Virus record (IMG/VR): IMGVR_UViG_3300037780_000133
DNA length: 49,109 nucleotides
Direction: 5' to 3' (one strand)
DNA from: a virus
The translations under genes were made by a program, and so were the position numbers. Each line of letters begins with the position of its first letter. The first letter of the stretch is position 1. This document shows, in pieces, positions 15,828 through 25,176 of this stretch. The notes under the pieces are model-generated. The model saw only the letters and a list, made by a program, of their open reading frames with translations, was not told where the DNA came from and did no database searches.

Positions 15828-16235
15828 TTACGTGTTCTGGGCAGTCAGAGACAGCGTATTGATCGTGATGGTCTGGCCAGCAGCGACAATCGTATTGTCG
15901 ACTTCCATATCACCACCACCGCTCGTCGCCGTGATTGTGCCCTGCATCAAGACAGTCGTGCCGCCGTCTTCATAGATGCGGAAGTGCCCCAGCGTGCCGG
16001 CATTATCGGCAGCGGGATCTTCCCAAGTGCCCGACTTCGCCATCACGCCATTCACAGGAGCCGCGAACGGGGTGTCCGGAATCTCAACGACAGCGATGAC
16101 CGTCCCCGAGTCCGGATCGGTGATGTTTGCAGGCGCTGCGCCTTCAAACATTTTGAGTTGCGCCGTTGCGCTGATGCGGGCCGTAATCGCCGACAACAGA
16201 TCATTCCGCATCGCGACAGAGAATTTGAGGGCCAT
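15828..16235 (-). CDS. Hypothetical structural protein
   Basis: AGGAGG ribosome-binding site. It follows the terminator-like hairpin after the fibre gene. Confidence 0.45.
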   Translation of the reverse strand: MALKFSVAMRNDLLSAITARISATAQLKMFEGAAPANITDPDSGTVIAVVEIPDTPFAAPVNGVMAKSGTWEDPAADNAGTLGHFRIYEDGGTTVLMQGTITATSGGGDMEVDNTIVAAGQTITINTLSLTAQNT

Positions 16236-16260
16236 TCTGGCCTCCTTCGGTTGAATTTTG

Positions 16261-16283
16261 AGAAAATGACCCGGTGCGCCGGG
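16261..16283 (-). terminator. Terminator-like hairpin after the fibre gene
   Basis: The minus strand reads CCCGG-CGCA-CCGGG followed by TCATTTTCT. A second hairpin, GGCCTG-CGAT-CAGGCC, is adjacent. Confidence 0.45.
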
Positions 16284-16358
16284 CCTGCGATCAGGCCGCG
16301 TTGAAGCGGTCAGATTTTGTGAAGAGCCGTCGCGGTGCGCGCCGCCGCTAACCCCGAC

Positions 16359-18725
16359 TTACGGGAAGCCGGCCTGAGCGGATGCGAACCAGGCATCCAG
16401 CGCGGTGTCGAGGTTTGCGACCTCAGCCGCGGTTAGATATCCGCCCCAGTGAAGCACGCTAATCTCTGGTTGGGCCGTGTCGGTTTCCAAGATCAGCGGC
16501 GTAGATGTGTGCCCCATATCGGACGGTGTGAGCGCCGGGGATCCGGCGTCAGCTGCACCATTCAAATAAATGGTGCCGACCGATGGGCCGCTTCGGTCCG
16601 CGGACAACACGATGTGTTCATGCGCCGTGTTGCTGAGCGATGTCGAAGATTGATTGAATGTCCCGCCAATCGCGTAGAAAAATGTACCGTCGCTCGGAAT
16701 GTACAGGTCGAAGAACGCGCTGTCTGACGTTTCGTAGAAAATCGACTGATTGCCGGAATCGTCGTGTTTAACCTTGACCCCCCAATGCGCGCTGTCGTCG
16801 GTCCAGTTTGTACCCGCAGCTGCTGAAGATCCGGTGATCGCGGCTGAGCTGGTTGTGTTGGCGCGGTATCCAGTATTCGGAACGTGATCGACGCCGGCCG
16901 AACCTGTGAGATTGTAGGCATTCTGCACCACATTGAGCAGACCATCCGCCGCGCCTGGCAGCCCCATCAAGAAGAGAGCATCCAGTTTTGCCCAAATGCC
17001 ATCCGTTTTCAGTTGAGCGATCAACGAGTTCAGCGCGGCCTCCACGCCAGTGGTCGGCGCGGTGTTCATGCGAGCGATGAAAGCATCTGTTTCAGGTTCA
17101 TTGGAAGCGCCTGCGACAGCGGCGTCGCCTGAACCCAAAATTGAGTCGATGACGCCGCCTGAGCTGGCTTGAACAAGCAGCGCTGCGTCGCCGGATCCAA
17201 GAATGGCGTCGAGGATTCCTCCACTGGCGGCAGCAATCTGAACGTCCGCATCCGCAGCGGAGATGATCTGCTCTACGATCCCGCCACCATCTGCCACGAC
17301 CGCGCTAGAAGCATCACCAGAGCCAAGTATCGGGTCGACCTGTCCTGAACTCGACGCCTGCAGCGCGACGCTAGCCACAGACGCGCTCACAATTGGATCC
17401 ACCAACGCCCCAGCGTTTGCCGTAATCGAAAGAGTCCCGGCAATCGATGCCACGATAGGATCGATTTGACCGCCTATCGTCCCGTCCACCAGGAGCCCGG
17501 CATCTCCGGTTCCAAGGATGGGCTCAATTTGTGGCGCTGATTGCAGCGATACCAACAATTGCGCGCCACTCGTCGCGATAATCGGCTCCACAATCCCGTT
17601 GCCACTCAAGACCAATTGCGGCTGGCCAGCCTGTCCGGACGAAAGGATGGCCTCAACATCTCCACCTCCGCTTGCCTCGGCCAGAACAGCAACGCCTCCG
17701 GAGCCAACGATATCGTCCAACACGCCGCCGCTCTGAGCGGTGATCAGAAGAGCGGTATCCCCGCTTGCGAGAACCGGATCGAGCCAGGCATTCGCATTTG
17801 CGCCTGGATTGGTGAAAACTGCGCCCGATCCAACGATAGCATCGATTACACCACCCATCGCCCCCGCGATCTCAACGGCAGCGTCGCCGGCGCCGAGTAT
17901 GGGTTCGAGTGAAAAGAAACCGCTGCCACCTGGTTGGGGCACGCTCGCGTCACCACTCCCTAAAATGTCGCCGACTATCCCGGCGCCGGTTATGCCGACG
18001 ATTAGATCTCCGTCGCCAGCTCCCAAGATGTCAGCGACGCCTATCGCGGAAGACGCCGCCAATCGAACCGCGGCCGAGCTGCCGTTCAAAATTGGCTCAA
18101 TTCCAGTGGCGAGCTGCGCATCGATCAGTGATTTCAACTGCGAAGCCGCCACAATTGGGTCAAGCAGACCGACCAACATTGACCCGCGGTTGATCTCCAG
18201 CTCGCTCGACATGGTGATTGGTTCGATCGTCGTCGTGACGCGATCGGCGAGGATGTTTCCGAGCATATCGGGTGCTGTAACCGGAAATTCGAACGTAACT
18301 CGCGCCGCTTTGATGCCCGGCAGGGGGCCGGCGGCCAGATTTGCCTTTTCCGGAGCCAAGATGTTCATCGCGGAGAGCATTGGCAACGACCTGGCGCTTC
18401 TGAGAGCACTCGTGACAACCGCGAGTGCCTCGGCAAACGTTGCATCGCGGATATCATCATCGATTTCAGCGATTATCAGTTCGACAACGCCGCGTTGACC
18501 AAATTCGTCCTGATAAACGCCTGCAGGACCGATGATCGTATCGTACAAAACGGGGTCATCATCGATCAGGTTCAAATAGGCGAGACTTGAGCCGGTAATT
18601 TGGCCAAAGACATCACGCAGACTTGCATTTCGACGGACTTGGTCCGGCAATGCATCGGACCCCAGCGCCGCCGTCGTCAAAATTTGCTGTAACGCCCGGA
18701 AGGCGGACTCGATATCGGTTGCCAT
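16359..18725 (-). CDS. Fibre-like protein with about 18 tandem 21-aa repeats and a C-terminal jelly-roll/lectin-like domain
   Basis: The start at 18725 follows the upstream TAG by one base. The repeat unit is (D/E)P-I-L-G-S-G-D-A-x-L-x-V-x-A-x-x-G-G-x-I. Confidence 0.65.
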   Translation of the reverse strand: MATDIESAFRALQQILTTAALGSDALPDQVRRNASLRDVFGQITGSSLAYLNLIDDDPVLYDTIIGPAGVYQDEFGQRGVVELIIAEIDDDIRDATFAEALAVVTSALRSARSLPMLSAMNILAPEKANLAAGPLPGIKAARVTFEFPVTAPDMLGNILADRVTTTIEPITMSSELEINRGSMLVGLLDPIVAASQLKSLIDAQLATGIEPILNGSSAAVRLAASSAIGVADILGAGDGDLIVGITGAGIVGDILGSGDASVPQPGGSGFFSLEPILGAGDAAVEIAGAMGGVIDAIVGSGAVFTNPGANANAWLDPVLASGDTALLITAQSGGVLDDIVGSGGVAVLAEASGGGDVEAILSSGQAGQPQLVLSGNGIVEPIIATSGAQLLVSLQSAPQIEPILGTGDAGLLVDGTIGGQIDPIVASIAGTLSITANAGALVDPIVSASVASVALQASSSGQVDPILGSGDASSAVVADGGGIVEQIISAADADVQIAAASGGILDAILGSGDAALLVQASSGGVIDSILGSGDAAVAGASNEPETDAFIARMNTAPTTGVEAALNSLIAQLKTDGIWAKLDALFLMGLPGAADGLLNVVQNAYNLTGSAGVDHVPNTGYRANTTSSAAITGSSAAAGTNWTDDSAHWGVKVKHDDSGNQSIFYETSDSAFFDLYIPSDGTFFYAIGGTFNQSSTSLSNTAHEHIVLSADRSGPSVGTIYLNGAADAGSPALTPSDMGHTSTPLILETDTAQPEISVLHWGGYLTAAEVANLDTALDAWFASAQAGFP
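17103..18221. repeat. Coding tandem repeat with about 63-bp period and about 18 units
   Basis: The translated 21-residue periodicity is visible from about aa 176 to 548 of the fibre ORF. Confidence 0.7.
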
Positions 18726-18726
18726 G

Positions 18727-19419
18727 CTACAGGATCCCAACCTCACGAAGCTCTCGTTTGAGGGCGCGCGGGTATTCTTCGATTAGAAATTTTTCGATGC
18801 GCCGGAAGTCTCGCCGAATATCCAGGAGCTTCGGCAATCTCGCCTGCGGAACCAAGTAAAACAGCATCGCGGTTTGCGTGCCTTTGGTGAATTTTCCAGT
18901 CTTCGTTTTCTTTCTTGGCCCGAGGCGGCCGCCCTTGGAAACGCCGACCAATTCGGCTGCGAGAATGGCTGGTCTGTTGCCGTTGGCAGGGATCACGAAC
19001 AACCGATCACCAAACTTTCGGCGCGCATAGTCGACTTTGTCGTCCGGTCCCTTCGGATTTGGAAAATCTTCGGCAAACCCACCAGGAATGGGAATGGCGA
19101 GCATACCATCGCCGGTTGGTTTGATCGTCGGACCTTCATCAAACGCGCTGACGATGACTTCAGCCTTCGAATAGATCCGCAACGCCGGCTCGTATGCGAG
19201 ACCCTTGCGAGGATAGATGTCCGTCTGCCAGGTCTTTTCGAGCGCGCCGAGACCGGCCTCGCGCAGATCCGCCCTCAAGGTACGCTTCGCAAAATCAGAC
19301 GTGGCCTCGAGCGCGCCGCGATTGGCGCGCACGACAGCCTCGCCGACCCCTGCGCGCCATTTCGAGAGTTGACCGTTGAGCGCCAGAGTGAAGTCCGACG
19401 CATCCAATCGCATCTTCAT
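18727..19419 (-). CDS. Neck or tail-completion protein (candidate)
   Basis: Its position is between the head-tail adaptor and the tail genes. Confidence 0.4.
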   Translation of the reverse strand: MKMRLDASDFTLALNGQLSKWRAGVGEAVVRANRGALEATSDFAKRTLRADLREAGLGALEKTWQTDIYPRKGLAYEPALRIYSKAEVIVSAFDEGPTIKPTGDGMLAIPIPGGFAEDFPNPKGPDDKVDYARRKFGDRLFVIPANGNRPAILAAELVGVSKGGRLGPRKKTKTGKFTKGTQTAMLFYLVPQARLPKLLDIRRDFRRIEKFLIEEYPRALKRELREVGIL

Positions 19420-19424
19420 TGCGA

Positions 19425-19760
19425 TCAGGCCTCAGCGCAGTTGACGGTCCAGACCAGCCGCTTGTCATCGATGGACATCGGCTCATCAACAACACGAAGC
19501 GTACGAGTGACGGATCCGTCCGACATTATCTCGACCACATCTTGACGTTCTGGCTTTGCCCAGTCCGTCTTGCGCACCTCGAGTACCGAGGTCCCCAAGA
19601 TTGGTTGAGATTGCAGCCCGATCCCGAGTGTTTGATCGGGCTGCAGCGGGAACACCCGGACCTGGAATGCATCGGCGCCGGACTTTGGCGTGACGCGCGC
19701 ATCGTCGGCGATCACGGAATCGTAAATCGCATCCAGGTGTTCTTGAGCGAATGTGCTCAT
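19425..19760 (-). CDS. Head-tail adaptor/joining protein (candidate)
   Basis: A 111-aa protein positioned after the capsid genes. Confidence 0.45.
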   Translation of the reverse strand: MSTFAQEHLDAIYDSVIADDARVTPKSGADAFQVRVFPLQPDQTLGIGLQSQPILGTSVLEVRKTDWAKPERQDVVEIMSDGSVTRTLRVVDEPMSIDDKRLVWTVNCAEA

Positions 19761-19768
19761 CGCTTAGC

Positions 19769-20164
19769 TTACTTCGCCTTCAGCTTTGCCAGCTCGTCGT
19801 TGGCTTTCTTGAGATCCGCGCCGGCTTTTGCGGCGAGCTTTTCATTCTCTTCGGCCTTGGTCTCAGCCTCATCAGCGCGCTCTTTTTCAGCGGCCAGCTG
19901 CGTCCGAAGATCAGCGATCGTTGCCTCAGACTGCTTGTCGCTGCCGGCGTCGGTTTTAACCAGAGCAGCGCGCGGTCCAACGAGGCCTAAATCGAAATAT
20001 TTTTTGGCCAGCTCGACGGTGAAACCACCAGTTTTGCAATCGACCCCGGTAGCAACGTGGCGAAGGCCACCTTCTTCTTCGGCATCGGCGATGGTGATGC
20101 CGGCGAGGGTCACAAAATGCGACAGATTCGATTTGTTCGGCGTCTTGGGCTTGGCTGTAGACAT
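19769..20164 (-). CDS. Hypothetical protein with a C-terminal coiled coil
   Basis: ATG at 20164 preceded by GGAGGA. The Lys/Glu/Ala-rich tail reads LAAEKERADEAETKAEENEKLAAKAG. Confidence 0.45.
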   Translation of the reverse strand: MSTAKPKTPNKSNLSHFVTLAGITIADAEEEGGLRHVATGVDCKTGGFTVELAKKYFDLGLVGPRAALVKTDAGSDKQSEATIADLRTQLAAEKERADEAETKAEENEKLAAKAGADLKKANDELAKLKAK

Positions 20165-20208
20165 GTTTTCCTCCTGCAGGAGCTGATTAGGATTTTGGAT
20201 TGGAAGCA

Positions 20209-20233
20209 GGGGCGGCGATAAGTGCGCCGCCCC
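20209..20233 (-). terminator. A 9-bp GC hairpin directly after the capsid gene, with no U-tract
   Basis: GGGGCGGCG-ataagtg-CGCCGCCCC. Confidence 0.4.
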
Positions 20234-20255
20234 CAACTAGTTGATCGGCGAGCGC

Positions 20256-21287
20256 CTACATGATGATGCGGGCGGTCGCTCCGATTTTCTTGAGAACAGA
20301 GATCGGGTTGGATTGAGTCTTCAGCTCAATGCCTTCGCCGTGATCCAGCTCTTTCGGCGACACATAGATGTGCGTGCCCATGGTGTTCACCTGACGAATG
20401 TCATGAGCTGGCGCAAAGAAGGTCTCCCAACCAGACCGCATGCCAGCCGGGAAAGCATGACCGGTGTTGGCCGCGATCAGCGGCGAAGCGGTACCATCGT
20501 CCAGTACAACGCTGCCATGGTACTCAACGAAGGTCAGGTTTTGGAACGTGAACCGTCGTCCACGTGTTCCAGCCTTGCCGCCGCTCTTATCCTCGCGGAT
20601 CATGTTCGCCATCGAAGTCGCAGCTTCCTGGTTGAGCCAGTACTGCTCCACCTTCGGGTGCGCGACCAGACGATTGAACGCAGAAGAGCTACACGGGATC
20701 TGGATCTCGGTGAAACTCTCACCAAGCAGATTCGTCGTGACATGATTATAGATGGCGCTGCAGATCCCAATGAGGTCTGCGTTGGGATTGTCCAGGTCCA
20801 GGTCAAAGACCTGTTCGGACAGATCAAACGCGTCGTAGAGATTCAGGAGCGTGTTGCCAGCCCCATCAGTGATCAGACCTTTGAGCGCGCCGACACGCAT
20901 ATATTCGAGTGTCTGGTCATGCGGTTGCCGTGTCTCTTCCAGGCGGCGATTGAGTTCATCCTCAACCGTCACCGTTTGAAGTTGACCGTTTTGCACGCGC
21001 TCGAGATTTTGAATATCGCCGGGCGTGATCAGGTCCATGCTCGGGAAGTGCGGGACTTCGATCAGCACTGCTTTGTCGCTGACGCGCTCATGCAGTGTCG
21101 ACGGGCCGCCGCGCGGCACCGCTGGCAGGACTTTGACGACGCTGCCTTGTACATCGATGCGCACGTAGGTTTCGGCAATGCCGCGACCTGGAGAGACATT
21201 CATGTCGCCGAGCATGCCGTAGACATTTGGAATGTTGTTTACGGCCATGGTGAGGCCAACAGCGGTGTAAAGGAAATTGAAAGCCAC
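20256..21287 (-). CDS. Major capsid protein, lambda gpE family
   Basis: The length and overall sequence character match Phage_cap_E. A GTG start at 21287 has AAGGAGG 5 nt upstream. Confidence 0.8.
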   Translation of the reverse strand: MAFNFLYTAVGLTMAVNNIPNVYGMLGDMNVSPGRGIAETYVRIDVQGSVVKVLPAVPRGGPSTLHERVSDKAVLIEVPHFPSMDLITPGDIQNLERVQNGQLQTVTVEDELNRRLEETRQPHDQTLEYMRVGALKGLITDGAGNTLLNLYDAFDLSEQVFDLDLDNPNADLIGICSAIYNHVTTNLLGESFTEIQIPCSSSAFNRLVAHPKVEQYWLNQEAATSMANMIREDKSGGKAGTRGRRFTFQNLTFVEYHGSVVLDDGTASPLIAANTGHAFPAGMRSGWETFFAPAHDIRQVNTMGTHIYVSPKELDHGEGIELKTQSNPISVLKKIGATARIIM

Positions 21288-21369
21288 GATTGGCCTCCTT
21301 TTTTCTAGAGTGAAAAGGGAAGGGTTTGACGGGCAGGACGAAGTCGCCCTGCCAATCAAGAAAGAGCGC

Positions 21370-21759
21370 TTAGCGCGCGATCAGATGGGCCGCTTTGAGT
21401 TGGCCCAGGAAAGCCTGCTGCTGCGCAGCGTTCGGTGCACCGATGAAGATCAGCTCAGACTTATCCACCACGGCCAGTCGCTCCACGACCGGAACTTTGA
21501 CGCTGCCAGAAGCCGGGACATCGACATTTGCGGTAAGCACAGCCGTTGCGGTGTCAGAACCGTCTGCGCCGCCGACGGCCGCTTCGACATAAGTGTCGAC
21601 ATCTGCGCCGCCCGTGTACGTGGCGAGCACTTGGCCGACTTCGAGCGTACGCGCAGTGCCGTTTCCAACGATTTCGGCTTCTTCGAAGCTGAGCTCGCGA
21701 GATACGAAGTGCTTCAGGACGAGTGTTTCCGCCCGGGGTTGATTGAATTTCTCGACCAT
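21370..21759 (-). CDS. Head decoration protein, gpD-like
   Basis: About 129 aa and Gly/Ala/Val-rich, immediately upstream of the gpE-type capsid gene as in lambda. Confidence 0.6.
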   Translation of the reverse strand: MVEKFNQPRAETLVLKHFVSRELSFEEAEIVGNGTARTLEVGQVLATYTGGADVDTYVEAAVGGADGSDTATAVLTANVDVPASGSVKVPVVERLAVVDKSELIFIGAPNAAQQQAFLGQLKAAHLIAR

Positions 21760-21784
21760 AAAAGGCCTCCCTGAGATTAGGGGT

Positions 21785-21826
21785 TAAAAGAAAGGCCTGC
21801 CCGGCGAACCCGGCAGGCCTGTTTTT
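21785..21826. terminator. Bidirectional intrinsic terminator between the protease/scaffold and decoration genes
   Basis: GGCCTGCCCGG-cgaa-CCCGGCAGGCC pairs at 10 of 11 positions, with T-runs flanking it on both strands. Confidence 0.6.
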
Positions 21827-21842
21827 CCGGAGTCGGAACGGG

Positions 21843-23507
21843 TTAGCGACCGCGTTGTTCGCGCAGCTTCAGCGATGATTGAACGAGGCGGTCATCCGGA
21901 GAGGCGGAATTGCCGCCGCCTCCCGCATTGCCTGAGATGTTTGGATCCTCAACTTTGCGCCGGCCGCCTTTCGGTGCAGTCGCAAGCAGATCTTTCGCAT
22001 TCGCGACGGTCATGCCCTTCTGGAAGGCGAGCTTTCTCGCGAGCGCCTCGCAGCCCCTCGCTTCAGGCAGATCCAGGATTGCCTGTGCGCGAGCCATCTC
22101 ATCGTCGGGCTCATCTTCAGCGTCAGGATCCGGATCATCTTCAGCGTCGGGATCCGGCTCATCTTCAGCGTCAGGGTCCGGCTCATCCTCAGCATCAGGA
22201 TCCGGGCCGTCTTCAGCGTCAGGATCAGGATCATTACCCTCGCCATTTGTTGAGTTATCCGGATCGTCATTCGCATCCGGATCTGGATCTTCGTTGGCGT
22301 TTTCATCGTCCAACTGCTCAGCCAACTTTACTTTGGCGCGCGAAATTCGAGTTTCGGTCGCACCGGAGCCCAAAAGAATGCCGCGAGCCGCACTTCCTTT
22401 TGGCAGCAATTCAATAGCGGCAGCGATCCGGTCGGTGGCCTTGCCGTCGCCAGACAGGGCGGCAAGGGCTTTTCGTGTTGACGACATAGCGTTCTCCTTG
22501 TTGCGCTCGCGGGATTGCGAGTCGATGGTCGGCGTTGACCCCGCCGCCGGGGTATTTTTGGAAATGAGGGCGCGAAGTTGATCAAAGGCGGCCTCTTCAG
22601 TCTCGATTGCATCGATGAGGCCGTGATCGAGGCCTGAATGATCTGCGAGATCATTGCGCGCGTCGAATAAACGGGCCTCAGTCTCATAGAGAGCCCCCTC
22701 ATCGAGAGACGGGCGACCGACGTTCACATCGCGCACAAAGTCCCGATACACCTGGTCAATCATAGCCTGCAGATTCGCTATCGCCTCCTCATCGAGCCCA
22801 TGGAAACTGGCAAATTCGGTTTTGCGACGTCCGCCTTGAATAGGCGTGACACGGATGCCCCACTTTTCCATGGCGCCACTGACATCGTGGTGAAGCATCA
22901 CCGCACCAATCGACCCCACTGCGGCGGTCCGACTGGCAGTGATCCGATCCGCCTGTGATCCGATCCAATAGGCGGCGCTTGCTATCAGCTCGCCGTGAAC
23001 GTGGATTGGCTTTCCGCCGTTTCCGGCGCGAGTTTCGCGCATTAACTCTGACAGCTGGTACAGACCATCGTGAACAACGCCGCCCGGGCTGTCGATATGG
23101 ACGAAAATGCCTTCAACACGAGGATCTTCCATCGCGTTCGAGATTGCCCGCTGAAGACTGTCATAGCCATGGTACCAGTGACCCCACCAAGCTTCACCTT
23201 CCGCGAACAATGGCGTGTCGATTTTCAACGTGGCGACGCCGTCTTTTAACGCCATACCCCATTCAAGCTCGTCATCGGGCTCGCCAAGCCACATCGGAAC
23301 ATAAGCATGGCCTCCGGGCGGCGGGGGAGGTGGTTCAGAAAAGAATGCGTTCTGATCTGGGCGCACACCTCCAGAGGCGCTGCCATTACCCTCAGGCAGC
23401 GCCTGCATGAACAAATTTGCCAGCTGCTCCGCACCTTGCGGCGTCATCAAAAGCGGGCGGCCAATCAAAGATCCTAAACGCGCATGCAGCGCGGAGTGAG
23501 ACGGCAT
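21843..23507 (-). CDS. S49 (SppA/ClpP-like) head maturation protease with a C-terminal scaffold-like region, gpC/Nu3-like
   Basis: Contains the IDSPGGVV and SAAYWIGSQADRI motifs. It is downstream of portal with a 1-nt overlap and has an acidic repeat-rich C-terminal half. Confidence 0.8.
   Translation of the reverse strand: MPSHSALHARLGSLIGRPLLMTPQGAEQLANLFMQALPEGNGSASGGVRPDQNAFFSEPPPPPPGGHAYVPMWLGEPDDELEWGMALKDGVATLKIDTPLFAEGEAWWGHWYHGYDSLQRAISNAMEDPRVEGIFVHIDSPGGVVHDGLYQLSELMRETRAGNGGKPIHVHGELIASAAYWIGSQADRITASRTAAVGSIGAVMLHHDVSGAMEKWGIRVTPIQGGRRKTEFASFHGLDEEAIANLQAMIDQVYRDFVRDVNVGRPSLDEGALYETEARLFDARNDLADHSGLDHGLIDAIETEEAAFDQLRALISKNTPAAGSTPTIDSQSRERNKENAMSSTRKALAALSGDGKATDRIAAAIELLPKGSAARGILLGSGATETRISRAKVKLAEQLDDENANEDPDPDANDDPDNSTNGEGNDPDPDAEDGPDPDAEDEPDPDAEDEPDPDAEDDPDPDAEDEPDDEMARAQAILDLPEARGCEALARKLAFQKGMTVANAKDLLATAPKGGRRKVEDPNISGNAGGGGNSASPDDRLVQSSLKLREQRGR
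22109..22228. repeat. Five tandem 24-bp coding repeats encoding PDPDAEDE units
   Basis: The units start at 22109, 22133, 22157, 22181 and 22205, as read directly. Confidence 0.8.
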
Positions 23508-25120
23508 CAGGCAGCTCCTTCCCGGACGGGCTCAGGTTGTGATTCAATGAGGGCCGCGACTTCAGCCATCGGCTTAGGCGGGGTGACGTTGAGTTTCTCG
23601 AAGAACTTGGCTTCACGGGCGCGCTGCATCGTGACTTTTTGCCAATCGCGACCCTGCTTCGCCGTGACGTCTTGCAAGCTGGAGGCACCGATTTCCATCT
23701 CGATGCCGGCACCCATCGGTTCCTTGGTTGGGTCGACCCATCCGCGAGCAGAACCAAGCCAAATACCATCAAGCCAGGCGCGCGGTTTCGCAAACAGGTC
23801 TGGAAGCGCCGGCGGGACCTTCAGCTCGCCAGAATCCTCAGCGTCATCAATCACGCAAAGCAGAACAGGCCGCGCGACTTTCGAAACAAACAAATCGATG
23901 AAACTCTCGACCGATCGCCAAACCTCGACGAGCGCGGCGCGCGCGCTCGAGTAATTCGTTTTCGACCAGTCCATGGTCAGCTGCTCATATGAGAGACCCA
24001 ACGCACTCGCGATATGACGCGAGAACACACCCGCAAAAGCCTCGAAGTCGCCGCCCTCGGAGTTGGATGTGAGCATTTCGACTTTCTCAGTCGGAAACAG
24101 TTTTTGGATCCGTGTGCCGTCTGCGAGCCGCGGGCCCTTGGCGCCGTAATAGGCATCTGACGCGTTCTGAAAGCGCACGATATCGTCCACGCTCAAAGCA
24201 TCTTCAATCCCGGTCGTGGAGCGATCCGTGTAGATCACCATAGCCATCACAGCTCGCACGACAGCTGACTGAATTTCAGCGTCGCTGTATCGAGATAAAT
24301 CTTTGAATTTCTTCAGCGTGGCCATCAGGGTTCCCCAACCACGGCGCTGATCGGCTCGCTCTTTACGGCGGAGGTGCAACACCACCGGGCGGCCGTAGTG
24401 GTTTTGTTTGGGCACTGCCGTCCATGTCATCGCGTCGCCGGTGCCACCGGACGTCCAGTCTTGAGGGTGGGCGTTCCGGATGTGGTAGCGAACAACATGT
24501 CGACCATTCGACTCAATACCTGAGCGGAGCGTTGGCGTATCGGGCGCGTTATTTGGATTGCTGACGCGATCCGGGTCGATCACGTGCAAACTTGTGCGAA
24601 ACGGAAATCCATACGCCGGCACTTCGTCCCAACGCAGAACGACAAAAGCTTCGTTGTCGCGGAAATAGTGCCTGGCGATCAGGTTGCACAGGCCACCCCA
24701 ATTTTCGTCTTGCTCCCAATCGCACCGCCAAAGCGCATCCTCACACCAGTCGTTGAAAACCCGCTCAATCTCATCAGCGAGGTCGGCAGTTTGATCGGGG
24801 TCCAAGCCCAAGGCTGCACCGTCCGGCAGCGCCGAGAAACGAAGCCCGCGCATGCCAAACGCCATATCGATGCGGCGATCATTGGCAGCCTGCGCCAGGG
24901 GCTCATTCGCTGTCAAATCGCGAGCACGCGAGACCGCGAGATCGCGCCCAAATGTTCGATTCTCCTGATCCGGTGGCGTCAGCGGCGGCGTCCAGCCAAT
25001 CAGACTTGGGCCACCACGCGTCGCCGCCTCAGAGATGGACGCAGATCGTGTCGGTACCGGTAAGCTGTTTGCATTGCGACGGTGAACGCGTTTGAGCGCG
25101 TTTTGACGAGACGGGTTCAT
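23507..25120 (-). CDS. Portal protein, lambda gpB family
   Basis: A 537-aa protein positioned between gpW/TerL and the S49 protease, with a GGAG ribosome-binding site. Confidence 0.8.
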   Translation of the reverse strand: MNPSRQNALKRVHRRNANSLPVPTRSASISEAATRGGPSLIGWTPPLTPPDQENRTFGRDLAVSRARDLTANEPLAQAANDRRIDMAFGMRGLRFSALPDGAALGLDPDQTADLADEIERVFNDWCEDALWRCDWEQDENWGGLCNLIARHYFRDNEAFVVLRWDEVPAYGFPFRTSLHVIDPDRVSNPNNAPDTPTLRSGIESNGRHVVRYHIRNAHPQDWTSGGTGDAMTWTAVPKQNHYGRPVVLHLRRKERADQRRGWGTLMATLKKFKDLSRYSDAEIQSAVVRAVMAMVIYTDRSTTGIEDALSVDDIVRFQNASDAYYGAKGPRLADGTRIQKLFPTEKVEMLTSNSEGGDFEAFAGVFSRHIASALGLSYEQLTMDWSKTNYSSARAALVEVWRSVESFIDLFVSKVARPVLLCVIDDAEDSGELKVPPALPDLFAKPRAWLDGIWLGSARGWVDPTKEPMGAGIEMEIGASSLQDVTAKQGRDWQKVTMQRAREAKFFEKLNVTPPKPMAEVAALIESQPEPVREGAA

Positions 25121-25130
25121 GGGGGCTCCA

Positions 25131-25176
25131 AGACAAGAAAAAGCCGTCCCGGCTCACGAAATCGGAAGCCGGGACG
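25131..25176 (-). terminator. Strong intrinsic terminator immediately upstream of the portal start
   Basis: The minus strand reads CGTCCCGGCT-12 nt-AGCCGGGACG followed by GCTTTTTCTTGTCTT. The portal ribosome-binding site and ATG follow. Confidence 0.7.

Noticed and set aside
17103-18221. Possible CRISPR array or non-coding satellite (63-bp tandem repeats); the same question applies to 22109-22228
   Set aside because: The repeats are contiguous without unique spacers. They lie in frame within long ORFs and translate to regular peptide repeats.
20241-21308. A 355-aa plus-strand ORF antisense to the capsid gene. Similar long antisense ORFs: 17740..18498, 12636..13178, 21910..22581, 18874..19545, 19419..20186, 31229..31990 and 29763..30335.
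   Set aside because: Each lies opposite a gene with recognisable family features or operon coupling. They have Arg/Ser/Pro/Ala-rich low-complexity composition typical of antisense frames in GC-rich DNA and lack ribosome-binding sites.
21288-21359. Upstream extension of the capsid ORF (ATG at 21359)
   Set aside because: The GTG at 21287 is preceded by AAGGAGG at optimal spacing. The extension has no ribosome-binding site and would crowd the decoration gene stop.
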